In this document: piece after piece, positions 39,632-48,889 of the stretch
Numbering within the stretch: position 1 is the first letter of the stretch
Layout: each line of letters opens with the position of its first letter
DNA from: a virus
Lineage: Duplodnaviria > Caudoviricetes
Virus record (IMG/VR): IMGVR_UViG_3300037424_000697
Location: 1-52,270 of that record
Reading direction: 5' to 3' (one strand)
DNA length: 52,270 nt
Translations under genes and position numbers: made by a program
Notes under the pieces: generated by a model
What the model saw: only the letters and a program-made list of their open reading frames with translations
What the model was told of the DNA's origin: nothing
The model's database searches: none

Positions 39632-40033
39632 ATGTTTATAATTCAAGAATACGTTCCACCTGACATATATGAAAAATATTATGAACATTCTGTATGGTTT
39701 ATCAACCCCAAATTAATGGAAAGTGATTTAACTTTACGTAAGTATTTTGATGTACCTATTATAATTAATAATTGGCATAACGGAGGACAAAGAAAATATA
39801 GTGGTTTTAGACCTAGAAACTGTAATATAGGTTCTGATTTGTCACAACACCGTTTAGGTAATGCTTCAGATAAAATTTTTAAAGGATTAGATGTGTTAGA
39901 AGTGCAACAGGAAATAATAAAAAATCAAGATAAATTTCCTTTAATAGGTGCAATAGAAACAGGTGTTAACTGGGTACATACTGATGTGAGGACTAGAATT
40001 AACGGTAGTTTACTTGAATTTAAAAAGACTTAA
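39632..40033 (+). CDS. Peptidase M15-family protein (endolysin candidate)
   Basis: SGFR, SQH..G.ASD, WVHTD zinc ligands. Confidence 0.8.
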   Translation: MFIIQEYVPPDIYEKYYEHSVWFINPKLMESDLTLRKYFDVPIIINNWHNGGQRKYSGFRPRNCNIGSDLSQHRLGNASDKIFKGLDVLEVQQEIIKNQDKFPLIGAIETGVNWVHTDVRTRINGSLLEFKKT

Positions 40034-40052
40034 TTATATAAAGGAGATAGAT

Positions 40053-40865
40053 ATGCAGATCAAAGAACAAGTACAGTTTATTAATGAGACTTCTAAAGTA
40101 GTTGAAATATTTAAAGCCAGTAATGGAGGTATCAGACCTCATTTTATAGTGACCGGCCCGTCCGGATGTGGAAAAAGTTACACAGTTCAGATGCTAGCCA
40201 ATAAATTTGACCTAGCTTATTTGGAAATAAACGCAGCCCAGCTTACAAAAGAGGGTACAAGTGGTAATAGTTTATCTAAAGCCTTATCTCCTTTAATGCA
40301 GAGAAGTGATAAACTCACACTGTGTTTTGTAGATGAGTTTGATAAATTATTTATTTCTGGAAACTCTAATTCATCTGTTGCACATGAAACTACCACAGGT
40401 GTACAAAATGAATTTTTAAAAATATTAGAGTCAGATACTACATCTGTATTTGGTGACTATGGTAAATATATTAATGTATCTGTTAAGAAAATGCTTTTTA
40501 TTTTTGCAGGTGCCTTTAATGGAGAAGAAGATGTAACTGTAGACAGGCTTAGAGAATTTGGTATAAAAACAGAATTTCTAGGTAGAGTAGGACTTGTCTT
40601 TAATACTCCAGAGGTATCTTTAGATTCTATGTATGGATTAATAGACAATAGTGATTTACTAAAAAAATATCTTTTACTATTCCCTTCAGTAAATAAAAAG
40701 GATGTGGTAGATAGGGTAAAGAACTTTATTACTGAGAATTACGAAAAGAATACTTTGGGGATAAGATTAATAAGCACGGCCATAACTAGGTACTTTATTA
40801 GCGGTGGCAAAATAAATGAAGAAAAAGATAAAAAAGATGCATTTCAAACAACCCTAACTGTATAA
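40053..40865 (+). CDS. ClpX/HslU-like AAA+ ATPase lacking the N-terminal zinc domain
   Basis: GPSGCGKS, FVDEFDKL, GVQNEFLKILE, FIFAGAF, EFLGR, G.R motifs; start at MQIKE after AAGGAG. Confidence 0.8.
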   Translation: MQIKEQVQFINETSKVVEIFKASNGGIRPHFIVTGPSGCGKSYTVQMLANKFDLAYLEINAAQLTKEGTSGNSLSKALSPLMQRSDKLTLCFVDEFDKLFISGNSNSSVAHETTTGVQNEFLKILESDTTSVFGDYGKYINVSVKKMLFIFAGAFNGEEDVTVDRLREFGIKTEFLGRVGLVFNTPEVSLDSMYGLIDNSDLLKKYLLLFPSVNKKDVVDRVKNFITENYEKNTLGIRLISTAITRYFISGGKINEEKDKKDAFQTTLTV

Positions 40866-40875
40866 GGGATTAACT

Positions 40876-43179
40876 ATGTTCTACATGGATACAGAGTCAA
40901 TAGGTTTTTACGGGCCCACGGTGCTCATTCAATGGGCCATAGATGACGGGCCAATACAGATTCATAATGTATTCCGAAGAACTGCATATGAAACATGTAG
41001 ACTTATTGAGTTAATGTGTGAGCATACTGTCGTTGGTTTTAACCTAGCCCACGACAGTTTTCACATTAACAGAACATATGGTGTACTAAAACATTTACCC
41101 GGAAATAAAGTTCCGACACCACTGGATATCCATGATTGGGAAAATGATCCCGTATGTCATGATACCTATTGTGTTAAGCCAAAGAATTGCATTGACTACC
41201 TTGTTATAGGTAAGAAGGGACTTTTTCAATCTGTACTTAAACAGAAGGATATTGTTCTTAAAAAAGTTCCAAAGGTATTGGCTCCTTTAATTTTAGAAGA
41301 GTTAAAGAATAAGGTTGAAATACCAGATATTTACTTTAAAGGTAATAAAACAATCCGAGGTGCAAATTGGAAAATAATTGACCTAGTTGATCATGCAGAC
41401 GGCTCCTTTAGCGAAATTACCAATCCTAATGAAATCAATGAAGCTATAAAAAAAGGAACACTGAATACTAACTTTGTAAATATTAGGTTATCGTTTAATC
41501 CCAGTGCTGCGCTAAAGAATATAATTGAGTACATAACAGGCGACGAGTGCATAACTATTGAGGATCTACCTCAGTTAAAAAAGCCTGAAGAGTATTCTTA
41601 TTTTCCAACTCTAGGTACGTGGTTGGGTGTGGCCGATGAACATATAAAAGGATGGTCAAATGATCCACAAAGGATTAAATATGCAGAGAATGATATATCA
41701 TATCTACGTATTCTTAGAGACTATTATCATAATAATGATATTAATTTCGATGATAGCTCTGTCGATTCTGATAGCAATTTGGCTTGGGCAGTAGGTGTTG
41801 CATTTTGGAAAGGTTTTAATGTAGATTTAGAAAAGATTAAAATTCAACGGGAAAGAATTGACCTAGAGCTGCGCGATAGCGCAGCTGTGAGTTTCAACTC
41901 TCCTCAATGGGTTTTAAAGTATTTACATGAAGCAGCCTCTCCACTAGAGAAACAAGGAATAAATGATACAAAAAGTGAGACACTTAGGAATATTGTTGAA
42001 GATATTGATTTCCAAGAAGGTAATCCTGAATTGGTAAAACGCTGTAGTCTCATTTTGAGATTAAGACATATTTATAAGGAGTTAGATTTATATGTTAAAC
42101 TGTTGGCTGCAAAACGTCTTTATGTCCAGTTTAAAGTTATCGGTACCAAGTCTAATCGTATGTCTGGCGGTGGTGAATCATTTACGACATCTAGAGGTGC
42201 CATTAACCCTCAAGGAATTAAAAAGGCTCCAGAAGTTAGGGAGTGTTTTTTATTGGCTTTTACTGATATGCTTCTCAGTGGTGGTGACTTTGATGGTTTT
42301 GAAGTTAGTATAGCCGAAGCTGAATATAATGATCCTGAGCTTAGGAAAGATTTATTGGGAGGTAAGAAGATACATGGATTATTTGCCGAAGCTATGTATA
42401 ATATCACTTATAGTGATATTCTTCTAGGTAAGGATCTAAGTGAACAGGAACCAAATGGGCATTATGCAAGGGGTAAAAAAGCTTTCTTCGGTCGTTTATA
42501 TGGTGCTCAGATTACAAAATTGATGAATGTGCTCTGGCTAACAGAAGAACAGATACTAAAAGGACTTGAGACTTTCTTCACTCGTTATAAAAAAGTAAAA
42601 GAGAATCAAGATAATATTTATAATGACCATCAAGCATTGGTACAAGAAGGAGGTATAGGTACAAAAATAGTATGGAAGGAGCCTAAACAATATATAGAAT
42701 CCTTTCTAGGTTTTAAGAGATACTTTACCTTAGAGTATTCTATATGCAGAACATTGTTTACTATGGCACAGAATTTAAGTGATACGTTCTCTGAGAAATC
42801 CCTACGATCAGTTAGATTAGTTAGAAGAGACAGAGTTCAAACAGCCGGTGGTGCAGCACAATCAGCAATATACGCTGCGGCATTTAATATGCAGTCTCAA
42901 ATTATGAGAAGTGCAGTTAATCATAAAATACAAAGTCCGGGAGGTCAGATAACTAAAGATTTACAATTTAGAATATGGGATAAATTTCAACCGTATGGGT
43001 GTAATAAGTGGCATGTGATGTTATTCAATGTGCATGATGAACTTATGGTTTGTCACCTAGAAGAGCTAAGTGACGCTATAGCGTCACTTGTAAATGCTTT
43101 TCTTGAAGAAATGAAAAAAATTATACCATTAATAAGCATGAAGTGGAAAATCGGATTAAAGAACTGGGGTATGAAATGA
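40876..43179 (+). CDS. polA: Family A DNA polymerase with 3'-5' exonuclease domain
   Basis: DTES and GFNLAHD (exo); motif A GDFDGFE; motif B KKAFFGRLYG; IQS; motif C VHDEL. Confidence 0.9.
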   Translation: MFYMDTESIGFYGPTVLIQWAIDDGPIQIHNVFRRTAYETCRLIELMCEHTVVGFNLAHDSFHINRTYGVLKHLPGNKVPTPLDIHDWENDPVCHDTYCVKPKNCIDYLVIGKKGLFQSVLKQKDIVLKKVPKVLAPLILEELKNKVEIPDIYFKGNKTIRGANWKIIDLVDHADGSFSEITNPNEINEAIKKGTLNTNFVNIRLSFNPSAALKNIIEYITGDECITIEDLPQLKKPEEYSYFPTLGTWLGVADEHIKGWSNDPQRIKYAENDISYLRILRDYYHNNDINFDDSSVDSDSNLAWAVGVAFWKGFNVDLEKIKIQRERIDLELRDSAAVSFNSPQWVLKYLHEAASPLEKQGINDTKSETLRNIVEDIDFQEGNPELVKRCSLILRLRHIYKELDLYVKLLAAKRLYVQFKVIGTKSNRMSGGGESFTTSRGAINPQGIKKAPEVRECFLLAFTDMLLSGGDFDGFEVSIAEAEYNDPELRKDLLGGKKIHGLFAEAMYNITYSDILLGKDLSEQEPNGHYARGKKAFFGRLYGAQITKLMNVLWLTEEQILKGLETFFTRYKKVKENQDNIYNDHQALVQEGGIGTKIVWKEPKQYIESFLGFKRYFTLEYSICRTLFTMAQNLSDTFSEKSLRSVRLVRRDRVQTAGGAAQSAIYAAAFNMQSQIMRSAVNHKIQSPGGQITKDLQFRIWDKFQPYGCNKWHVMLFNVHDELMVCHLEELSDAIASLVNAFLEEMKKIIPLISMKWKIGLKNWGMK

Positions 43180-43745
43180 AAGAAGAAAATGGGTACCACA
43201 CAGATAACAATGGTAATAAATGGAATAAACTGTTTTATACAGAAGAACTGGCTTTAAAAGCTTCAAATAGTTGCATAAATTGCATAAATTGCACGGATTG
43301 CATGAATTGCACGGATTGCATGAATTGTGGGTATTGCATGAATTGTGGGTATTGCATGAATTGCACGGATTGTGGGTATTGCATGAATTGCACGGATTGC
43401 ATGAATTGTGGGTATTGCATGAATTGCGTAAATTGCACGGATTGCATGAATTGTGGGTATTGCATGAATTGCGTAAATTGCACGGATTGCATGAATTGTG
43501 GGTATTGTAGTAATTTTTTATCTAATCCAGAGAGAATAGTATCTCCTGTTTTAGGTTCTAGAAAAAGTCAAACATGTATATACTTTCTAGGTAAAATCTC
43601 GCAAGTTACATGCGGATGCTTCAATGGAACATTAGATAATTTTGAAAAAGCTGTTATAGAGACACACAAAGGTACTAAATATGCACAGGAATATTTGAGT
43701 TGGATAAAAAGAGTAAAAAATTATATCTATGGAGATGTTAAATGA
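43176..43745 (+). CDS. Cys-tripeptide repeat protein with GCFxGTL C-terminal domain
   Basis: (CMN/CTD/CGY/CVN)n; C-terminal GSR...CGCFNGTLDNF. Confidence 0.7.
   Translation: MKEENGYHTDNNGNKWNKLFYTEELALKASNSCINCINCTDCMNCTDCMNCGYCMNCGYCMNCTDCGYCMNCTDCMNCGYCMNCVNCTDCMNCGYCMNCVNCTDCMNCGYCSNFLSNPERIVSPVLGSRKSQTCIYFLGKISQVTCGCFNGTLDNFEKAVIETHKGTKYAQEYLSWIKRVKNYIYGDVK
43272..43508 (+). repeat. 9-bp-unit coding tandem repeat
   Basis: Shuffled units TGCATGAAT, TGCACGGAT, TGTGGGTAT, TGCGTAAAT. Confidence 0.9.
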
Positions 43746-44737
43746 AAGATTTTCTCTGTAAAGCACACAGTGCCGGTATTAATGGTGACTATTCAAATTA
43801 TATTTGGTCACGTAAACTTAATGGATTCTCTATGTTGTGGGACGGGGGAATAAGTATAGGTCAACCTATAGGTCAAGTCTTATGGGGTAAAGAAAGAGCC
43901 AATGAAGATCGTTATACCAAGTGCACTGGTCTTTGGACAAGTGACGCACATATTGTTCATGCTCCTGAGTGGTGGTATATAGACTTCCCTAAATTTATAC
44001 CGTTGCAAGGAGAGTGCTGGTATAACGATAATAAAACATATAGTTCGGTGTGTAACTGTACACTAAAGAAAAGCATAGAGGATTCACGTTGGCATAAATT
44101 AAAGTTTGTAGTGTATAACTATAAACCCTATTGTTTATTTAATGGTCTAGGTGAATATAATTTTGAGGGTAATATTATGTTTCATCAACACTACCCTAAT
44201 ATATCTTATTCTAAAAGGCTAAAAAACATAGTAGGTACATCTATTATTTATAATATATCTGAGAGTAGTATAATAAATGTTATTGATTTTTATATAGGTT
44301 TTCCTACTAGTCTAGGTGAACTTTTAAAAGAGAAAACCATAGATTCTAACAACTGGGAAGGTATAATGTTAGCTAACCCTAACGCTCATTATACCTGTGG
44401 GCGTTCTTATGATCTCTTAAAATTAAAACCAGAATATGATATCGAGGTAGAGGTTATAGGATATAACCAAGGAGATAAACGTCACACAGGAAGAATGGGT
44501 TCACTCAATGTTAGGTTGAAATGGGATGAAAAGGTTGAAAGTTTTCATGGAGGTAAAAAAGATTATATAGGTAAAACTGTTTACTTTTCAGTAGGAGGAG
44601 GGTTTGACGATACTCAACGTGAATGGAGTTATGTACATGATAAGTTCAGTATAGGTAAAGTTATCAATATCAAGTTTAATGAGGTAGGTGAAAATGGATC
44701 TATTCCTTCAGCGAGATGGAGCGGCGAAAATGAGTGA
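43742..44737 (+). CDS. ATP-dependent DNA ligase
   Basis: SRKLNG (motif I), QGE, EGIML, LLKLKP, OB-fold VGGGF. Confidence 0.82.
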   Translation: MKDFLCKAHSAGINGDYSNYIWSRKLNGFSMLWDGGISIGQPIGQVLWGKERANEDRYTKCTGLWTSDAHIVHAPEWWYIDFPKFIPLQGECWYNDNKTYSSVCNCTLKKSIEDSRWHKLKFVVYNYKPYCLFNGLGEYNFEGNIMFHQHYPNISYSKRLKNIVGTSIIYNISESSIINVIDFYIGFPTSLGELLKEKTIDSNNWEGIMLANPNAHYTCGRSYDLLKLKPEYDIEVEVIGYNQGDKRHTGRMGSLNVRLKWDEKVESFHGGKKDYIGKTVYFSVGGGFDDTQREWSYVHDKFSIGKVINIKFNEVGENGSIPSARWSGENE

Positions 44738-44963
44738 CATTACTTGCGTAGAAAAAATTGAAATTGAAACAGATGTAACTTATATGGATTACAGTTATTC
44801 TTGGGAAAAATTAAAAACTTTTCTTATAAATCTTAAAGAAATTAAAGTTTCTTCTCTAGAGAAAATTATGGTAGCTTTAAAAGACTACGGTGAACTTTTA
44901 CCAGAGAAGGGTGATCTTAGTAAAATTAGAGATTTACTTTTAAATATAGGTGAAATCATATGA
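44730..44963 (+). CDS. Hypothetical protein
   Basis: Operon packing; start at MSDIT. Confidence 0.55.
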   Translation: MSDITCVEKIEIETDVTYMDYSYSWEKLKTFLINLKEIKVSSLEKIMVALKDYGELLPEKGDLSKIRDLLLNIGEII

Positions 44964-44976
44964 AAGGTAATACACT

Positions 44977-45339
44977 ATGATGCAAGAAGAGACTTTAAAA
45001 ATAGGAAATCCTTTAAGAGTCTACATGGAGCATCTAGGTTGGGCAACAGTAAAAACACATGGAAATCAGTTTCAAAAAGGGTTACCAGATTTCTATGCAA
45101 TGCACCATAAATATTCACCTAGATGGATTGAGACCAAAATACACGGTAGATCTTTAACAACAGCACAATTAAAACTATTCCCTATTATGCTATCTATGAA
45201 TGTGCCACTTTATATAATAGATGGAGATGACTTCAGAGGAGAGAAAGGATTACCTTCACTTAAACAGGCATATCAAAAATTATTTCAGCCCTCTAGGGCA
45301 GCATTTTATTTAACTTCGGCTTTAAGGAGTTTAGTATGA
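44977..45339 (+). CDS. VRR-NUC-like nuclease
   Basis: KGLPD, WIETK, LTTAQ motifs. Confidence 0.75.
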   Translation: MMQEETLKIGNPLRVYMEHLGWATVKTHGNQFQKGLPDFYAMHHKYSPRWIETKIHGRSLTTAQLKLFPIMLSMNVPLYIIDGDDFRGEKGLPSLKQAYQKLFQPSRAAFYLTSALRSLV

Positions 45340-45545
45340 AAGTAGGGGATTTAGTTGTTCCAGTAACAAAAGAATGGGATAAGAAGAGGTATACAGTTTT
45401 GGATATTTTTGTATCTGAACGTAATGGTGATAGATTAATTCAGGTAGGGTTCATAGGAAGTATGCAGCAACCACAAATAGCCATAGTAAATGAGAGATTA
45501 TTTGAAAGGAGCGAATTAAATGAAACTGTACCTAGTCCTGTTTAA
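45336..45545 (+). CDS. Small SH3-like hypothetical protein
   Basis: MKVGDLV start; ATGA coupling. Confidence 0.55.
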   Translation: MKVGDLVVPVTKEWDKKRYTVLDIFVSERNGDRLIQVGFIGSMQQPQIAIVNERLFERSELNETVPSPV

Positions 45546-45930
45546 TGATGGAAAAGGAATAGCACCGTATCTATGGGATGTACTTACAGTTAAAGATGAA
45601 AAACCTGATATGCTGCACCTGTACTCTGGTCAAGCTATTGACTTATTGTTAGATAAGGATGTTCAGCCGCTATGTAAACTTCAAAACGGACAAACCGTTT
45701 ACACTGTTGTTGTTAAAACTTTACCTAGGAATATGGTAGCTTTTGATATAACCAAACATGTTAAACTGTTGACAAGTGATGCATTCTTTGCTTTGAAGGT
45801 ATTCACTTTGAAATGTAAATTTAGTGCTATAGCAACAATGGCTATGGAAAAACACGGATCAGAACAGCAAAAGAATTGGTATAAAGTAATAGGGTTTATG
45901 GAGCCCATTTTTAACGGAGGTTGGATGTAA
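45520..45930 (+). CDS. Hypothetical protein
   Basis: AAGGAG RBS. Confidence 0.6.
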   Translation: MKLYLVLFNDGKGIAPYLWDVLTVKDEKPDMLHLYSGQAIDLLLDKDVQPLCKLQNGQTVYTVVVKTLPRNMVAFDITKHVKLLTSDAFFALKVFTLKCKFSAIATMAMEKHGSEQQKNWYKVIGFMEPIFNGGWM

Positions 45931-46484
45931 TGGAAATACATGTAAGAGTAATAGAGGAAGCGGGATACAATTCAGCTATGCTAGGTTTATCTTTTAATAA
46001 AAATCAAAATGCAGATAATATGTTCAATGTGGCAAAGAAATTGGCTCCTTTGGATTTAGGACATAATAAATTTCTGGAACAGATCTATGTATGGGTTGAA
46101 GTAAATGCACCTAGGTATTGGTGGCAGGAAGCTGACACATTTAGGTTGTCTAGTAAGTCAAGTCAATCCACCATGCACACAATACTTAAGAACGAATTAA
46201 CTGAAGAGAATTTTGAGGATCATGATACTGACGGTATTAATTTATACTTTCTTAATACCCTTTTAAAAGCGGAAATGCTGGTTGAGTTAAAAAAGAAATT
46301 ACCTGAAGGATTTATGCAAAAGCGTATGTGGTGTATGTCATACAGGACACTCAGGAATATAATCTTACAGAGACGGAACCACAGATTACCTCATTGGAAG
46401 GAGTTTATTAAACAAATGCTAATACAAGTTATTCATCCTGAACTTTTACCTAGCCTTGAAGGAGATAATAAATGCAACAATTAG
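45930..46484 (+). CDS. ThyX-fold-like phage protein (divergent)
   Basis: GH.KFLE, APRYWWQEAD, STMH, LPEGF.Q, YRTLRNI..QR..HRL; lacks the canonical RHR motif. Confidence 0.55.
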   Translation: MEIHVRVIEEAGYNSAMLGLSFNKNQNADNMFNVAKKLAPLDLGHNKFLEQIYVWVEVNAPRYWWQEADTFRLSSKSSQSTMHTILKNELTEENFEDHDTDGINLYFLNTLLKAEMLVELKKKLPEGFMQKRMWCMSYRTLRNIILQRRNHRLPHWKEFIKQMLIQVIHPELLPSLEGDNKCNN

Positions 46485-46804
46485 ACTATTTACTGGGTCA
46501 ATGCGTGTTACAAATAAAATTAGATAATCTTATGGTGGCTAAAGACTTTTTAATTATACGTATAGACACTAATGAGAAGGACGTGGCTAGGTGTAAACCC
46601 ATCAGTGAAAGCGAAGCAAGTAAAATTATTCAAAAATATGGTTTCAATATAGGTTCTGCATTGAGGCATATCTTTGCTTTCACAAGAACAATTAAAAAGG
46701 GAAGTCGTCCCAATAAAGCCGAGCTAAGAACAGCTTTAAAGTACATTAATAAAGAAATAGAAAGACTTTCTCCTAAGGAGGACACACACAGTGAACAAAA
46801 TTAA
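46472..46804 (+). CDS. Hypothetical protein
   Basis: GFNIGSA...L.TA.KYI..EI pattern similar to the DUF3310 C-terminal half. Confidence 0.5.
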   Translation: MQQLDYLLGQCVLQIKLDNLMVAKDFLIIRIDTNEKDVARCKPISESEASKIIQKYGFNIGSALRHIFAFTRTIKKGSRPNKAELRTALKYINKEIERLSPKEDTHSEQN

Positions 46805-47738
46805 ATTTCTTAGCGTTAGTGCTCTTAATATGTTTCTTGAGCAGCCAAACAAGTTTTATTGTACACGTTTAGCAGATGAAAAGTTACCTAGAGAACCACA
46901 ATCACTTGCTGCTGCAGCCGGTACAATATTTGATATTAATGTGAAACTGTGCTTAATTGATAATAGATTACTAAAAGGTTACATTGACAACGCAGAAGCA
47001 GTTAGAACTATAAAGAATAGATTTGTAAACTTTCCTTGGTATCAAGAAGGAAAAAAAAGTAAGACTCTCATTGAACTCTTCGAGGAATCATTGGAGCCGC
47101 AGAATAGAATTGATGAGATTTACAAAGTAGGTAAAAGACTTTTTGATGCTTACTTTAATAGTCCGTTGATTAGGAGCAATTACTTTGATATTGAAGATAA
47201 AAATATCTTTGAATTAAAGGTGAAAATAGGTGGAGTAGAACACGTTGTACCCATCTATACTGTTATAGATTGTGTTTTACAGGGAAAGGATTATGGACTT
47301 TTTCCAATGGATTTAAAAGTCTCAGGATATTCAAGTGGTGCCTCACCCAAACCTAAGTATAGTGGGAGTTGGGACGAGTTAGGTAATAGTTTAGGTGCTC
47401 ACAAGAACTACGTTAATGATATTTCTTTTGAGTTAATTGATGAAGCATGGGCAACTCAAGGGTGTACTTATGGATGGAGTCTAGGACGAAAACTCTTTGA
47501 GCCTTTCCCTTTTCATATTCATGGTGTATATATGGGCATACCAAAACAAGATGGATCTAGGTCAATAAAGGTGTGTGAATATAAAGGAATTATAACAGAA
47601 GAGTTTCAAAAACTGACGGCGTTAAAGTATATCACTGCGTGGAACACAATTAACGCTGCCAGTGGTAGCGTTGCCCCTTGGTGTGATGAACCATTGTTGT
47701 GTGAAATGTTATCAAGGACAGAACATTTTGGATGGTGA
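46791..47738 (+). CDS. PD-(D/E)XK nuclease (Cas4/RecB-like exonuclease)
   Basis: LSVSAL, GT.FD, IE, VID, DLK, Q...Y motifs; GTG start after AGGAGG. Confidence 0.7.
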   Translation: MNKIKFLSVSALNMFLEQPNKFYCTRLADEKLPREPQSLAAAAGTIFDINVKLCLIDNRLLKGYIDNAEAVRTIKNRFVNFPWYQEGKKSKTLIELFEESLEPQNRIDEIYKVGKRLFDAYFNSPLIRSNYFDIEDKNIFELKVKIGGVEHVVPIYTVIDCVLQGKDYGLFPMDLKVSGYSSGASPKPKYSGSWDELGNSLGAHKNYVNDISFELIDEAWATQGCTYGWSLGRKLFEPFPFHIHGVYMGIPKQDGSRSIKVCEYKGIITEEFQKLTALKYITAWNTINAASGSVAPWCDEPLLCEMLSRTEHFGW

Positions 47739-47794
47739 ACGTAGTATCCTTTTGTAGCTTTTTGAAAAAATCAAAAAACATTTTTATTTAAGAA

Positions 47795-47824
47795 TACAGA
47801 GTGCAATTTAAATTGCACTCTGTA
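47795..47824. terminator. Perfect 30-bp palindrome at the end of the replication operon
   Basis: TACAGAGTGCAATTT-AAATTGCACTCTGTA. Confidence 0.6.
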
Positions 47825-47825
47825 C

Positions 47826-48263
47826 CTATTTATATATAAATATATGTATTAATAAATATATACATTTATAAATGTATGTGCTTATATATAAAAGTGTTTA
47901 TAGATAAATGTATTTATAAGTAAATAAAAGTGTTTATAGATGTATGAGTATTTATATATGTGTATTTATAAATATATGTATATACATTTATTTATGAGTA
48001 TTTATATATTTATACCTACATTTATGTATATACATTTATTTATAAATAAAAGTGTTTATATAAATATTAATTTAGTGTATTTTATATATTTATATATAAG
48101 CACATGCATTTATTTATAAATACATTTATTTATAAATAAATGCATATGTATGTGTATTTATATATTCATACATATATAAATATATGGATATTAACCTAGT
48201 GTATATTTATATTTATTTATATTTATTTACATATTTATATAAAAATAAAAAAATAAAAAAAAA
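47826..48263. repeat. Very AT-rich low-complexity non-coding tract
   Basis: Recurrent TACATTTAT and AAAGTGTTTATA words; no ORF. Confidence 0.8.
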
Positions 48264-48453
48264 CTCCGGTTGTTCTTCGTGGCCTTACCATTGTTACAGC
48301 GGAGCAGCGAAATTGACAAATGATTATTATTTGTAAATTGACACCGTTTGTCAATTGACAAATAGGAATACCTCAAGTAAACTAGGTTAACGTTTTGTCA
48401 AGGTGCACTTTGAATTGTGTTCTTATTGTGTCAACTATACCATATATGGTATG

Positions 48454-48650
48454 GTGAAATGACTACAATTTTTGTATAAATGTAAGTCATTGATTTTTAT
48501 ATAGATATAAAGGTATTTTATTAGGTGTAAACTTTTTGGGGTGAAATGACTACAATTTTTATATGAATGTAAGTCATTGATTTTCATACAAATACAAAGG
48601 TATTTTATCGGGTGTAAATTTATTGTGGCCAAATGACTACAATTTTTATA
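48454..48650 (+). repeat. 87-bp tandem repeat (about 2.3 copies) carrying IHF consensus sites
   Basis: AAATGACTACAATTTTT at 48457, 48544 and 48631; AATCAATGACTTA (minus strand) at 48483-48495 and 48570-48582. Confidence 0.85.
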
Positions 48651-48757
48651 TATACTATAAATGATATTTACTACATGAATGATATTTATATATAATAGAA
48701 CGGGTACCTATTATATATACGCTATATATGAGTGTATATAGGTTATGTTTTATCTAT

Positions 48758-48773
48758 TGGCATGATGATTGCT
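48758..48773 (+). promoter_or_regulatory. sigma54 (-24/-12) promoter
   Basis: TGGCAT-N5-TTGCT with exact spacing, upstream of small ORFs and ParB-like gene 2. Confidence 0.7.
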
Positions 48774-48809
48774 TTATATATTAGTGTGCTTAAACGAAAG
48801 GTTTTTAAA

Positions 48810-48887
48810 ATGTTAGTAAACATAATCCATTTTTTAGTGCTTGCGATTTCTTTAGGATTTATAATTTTATCGTGTAGGTATAAATAA
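48810..48887 (+). CDS. 25-aa hydrophobic peptide
   Basis: GAAAGG RBS; MLVNIIHFLVLAISLGFIILSCRYK. Confidence 0.4.
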   Translation: MLVNIIHFLVLAISLGFIILSCRYK

Positions 48888-48889
48888 TT

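Noticed and set aside
40053-40865. AAA+ ATPase as a sigma54 activator or ParA
   Set aside because: AGAFNG is the ClpX-type FIxxGAF motif located after Walker B, not the GAFTGA loop; there is no deviant Walker A (KGGxGK)
43235-43510. Alternate-frame repeat ORFs (MQSVQF..., LHELHG...)
   Set aside because: They are stop-free by-products of the 9-bp repeat; only the Cys frame joins unique flanking domains
46791-47738. CRISPR-associated cas4
   Set aside because: No array or other cas genes, and the four-Cys cluster is not evident; treated as a phage PD-(D/E)XK exonuclease
47795-47824. Protelomerase (telRL) site of a linear plasmid prophage
   Set aside because: No protelomerase or tyrosine-recombinase-like gene was recognised
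48435-48632. 65-aa minus-strand ORF with an internal repeat
   Set aside because: It coincides with the 87-bp regulatory-looking repeats and lacks an RBS
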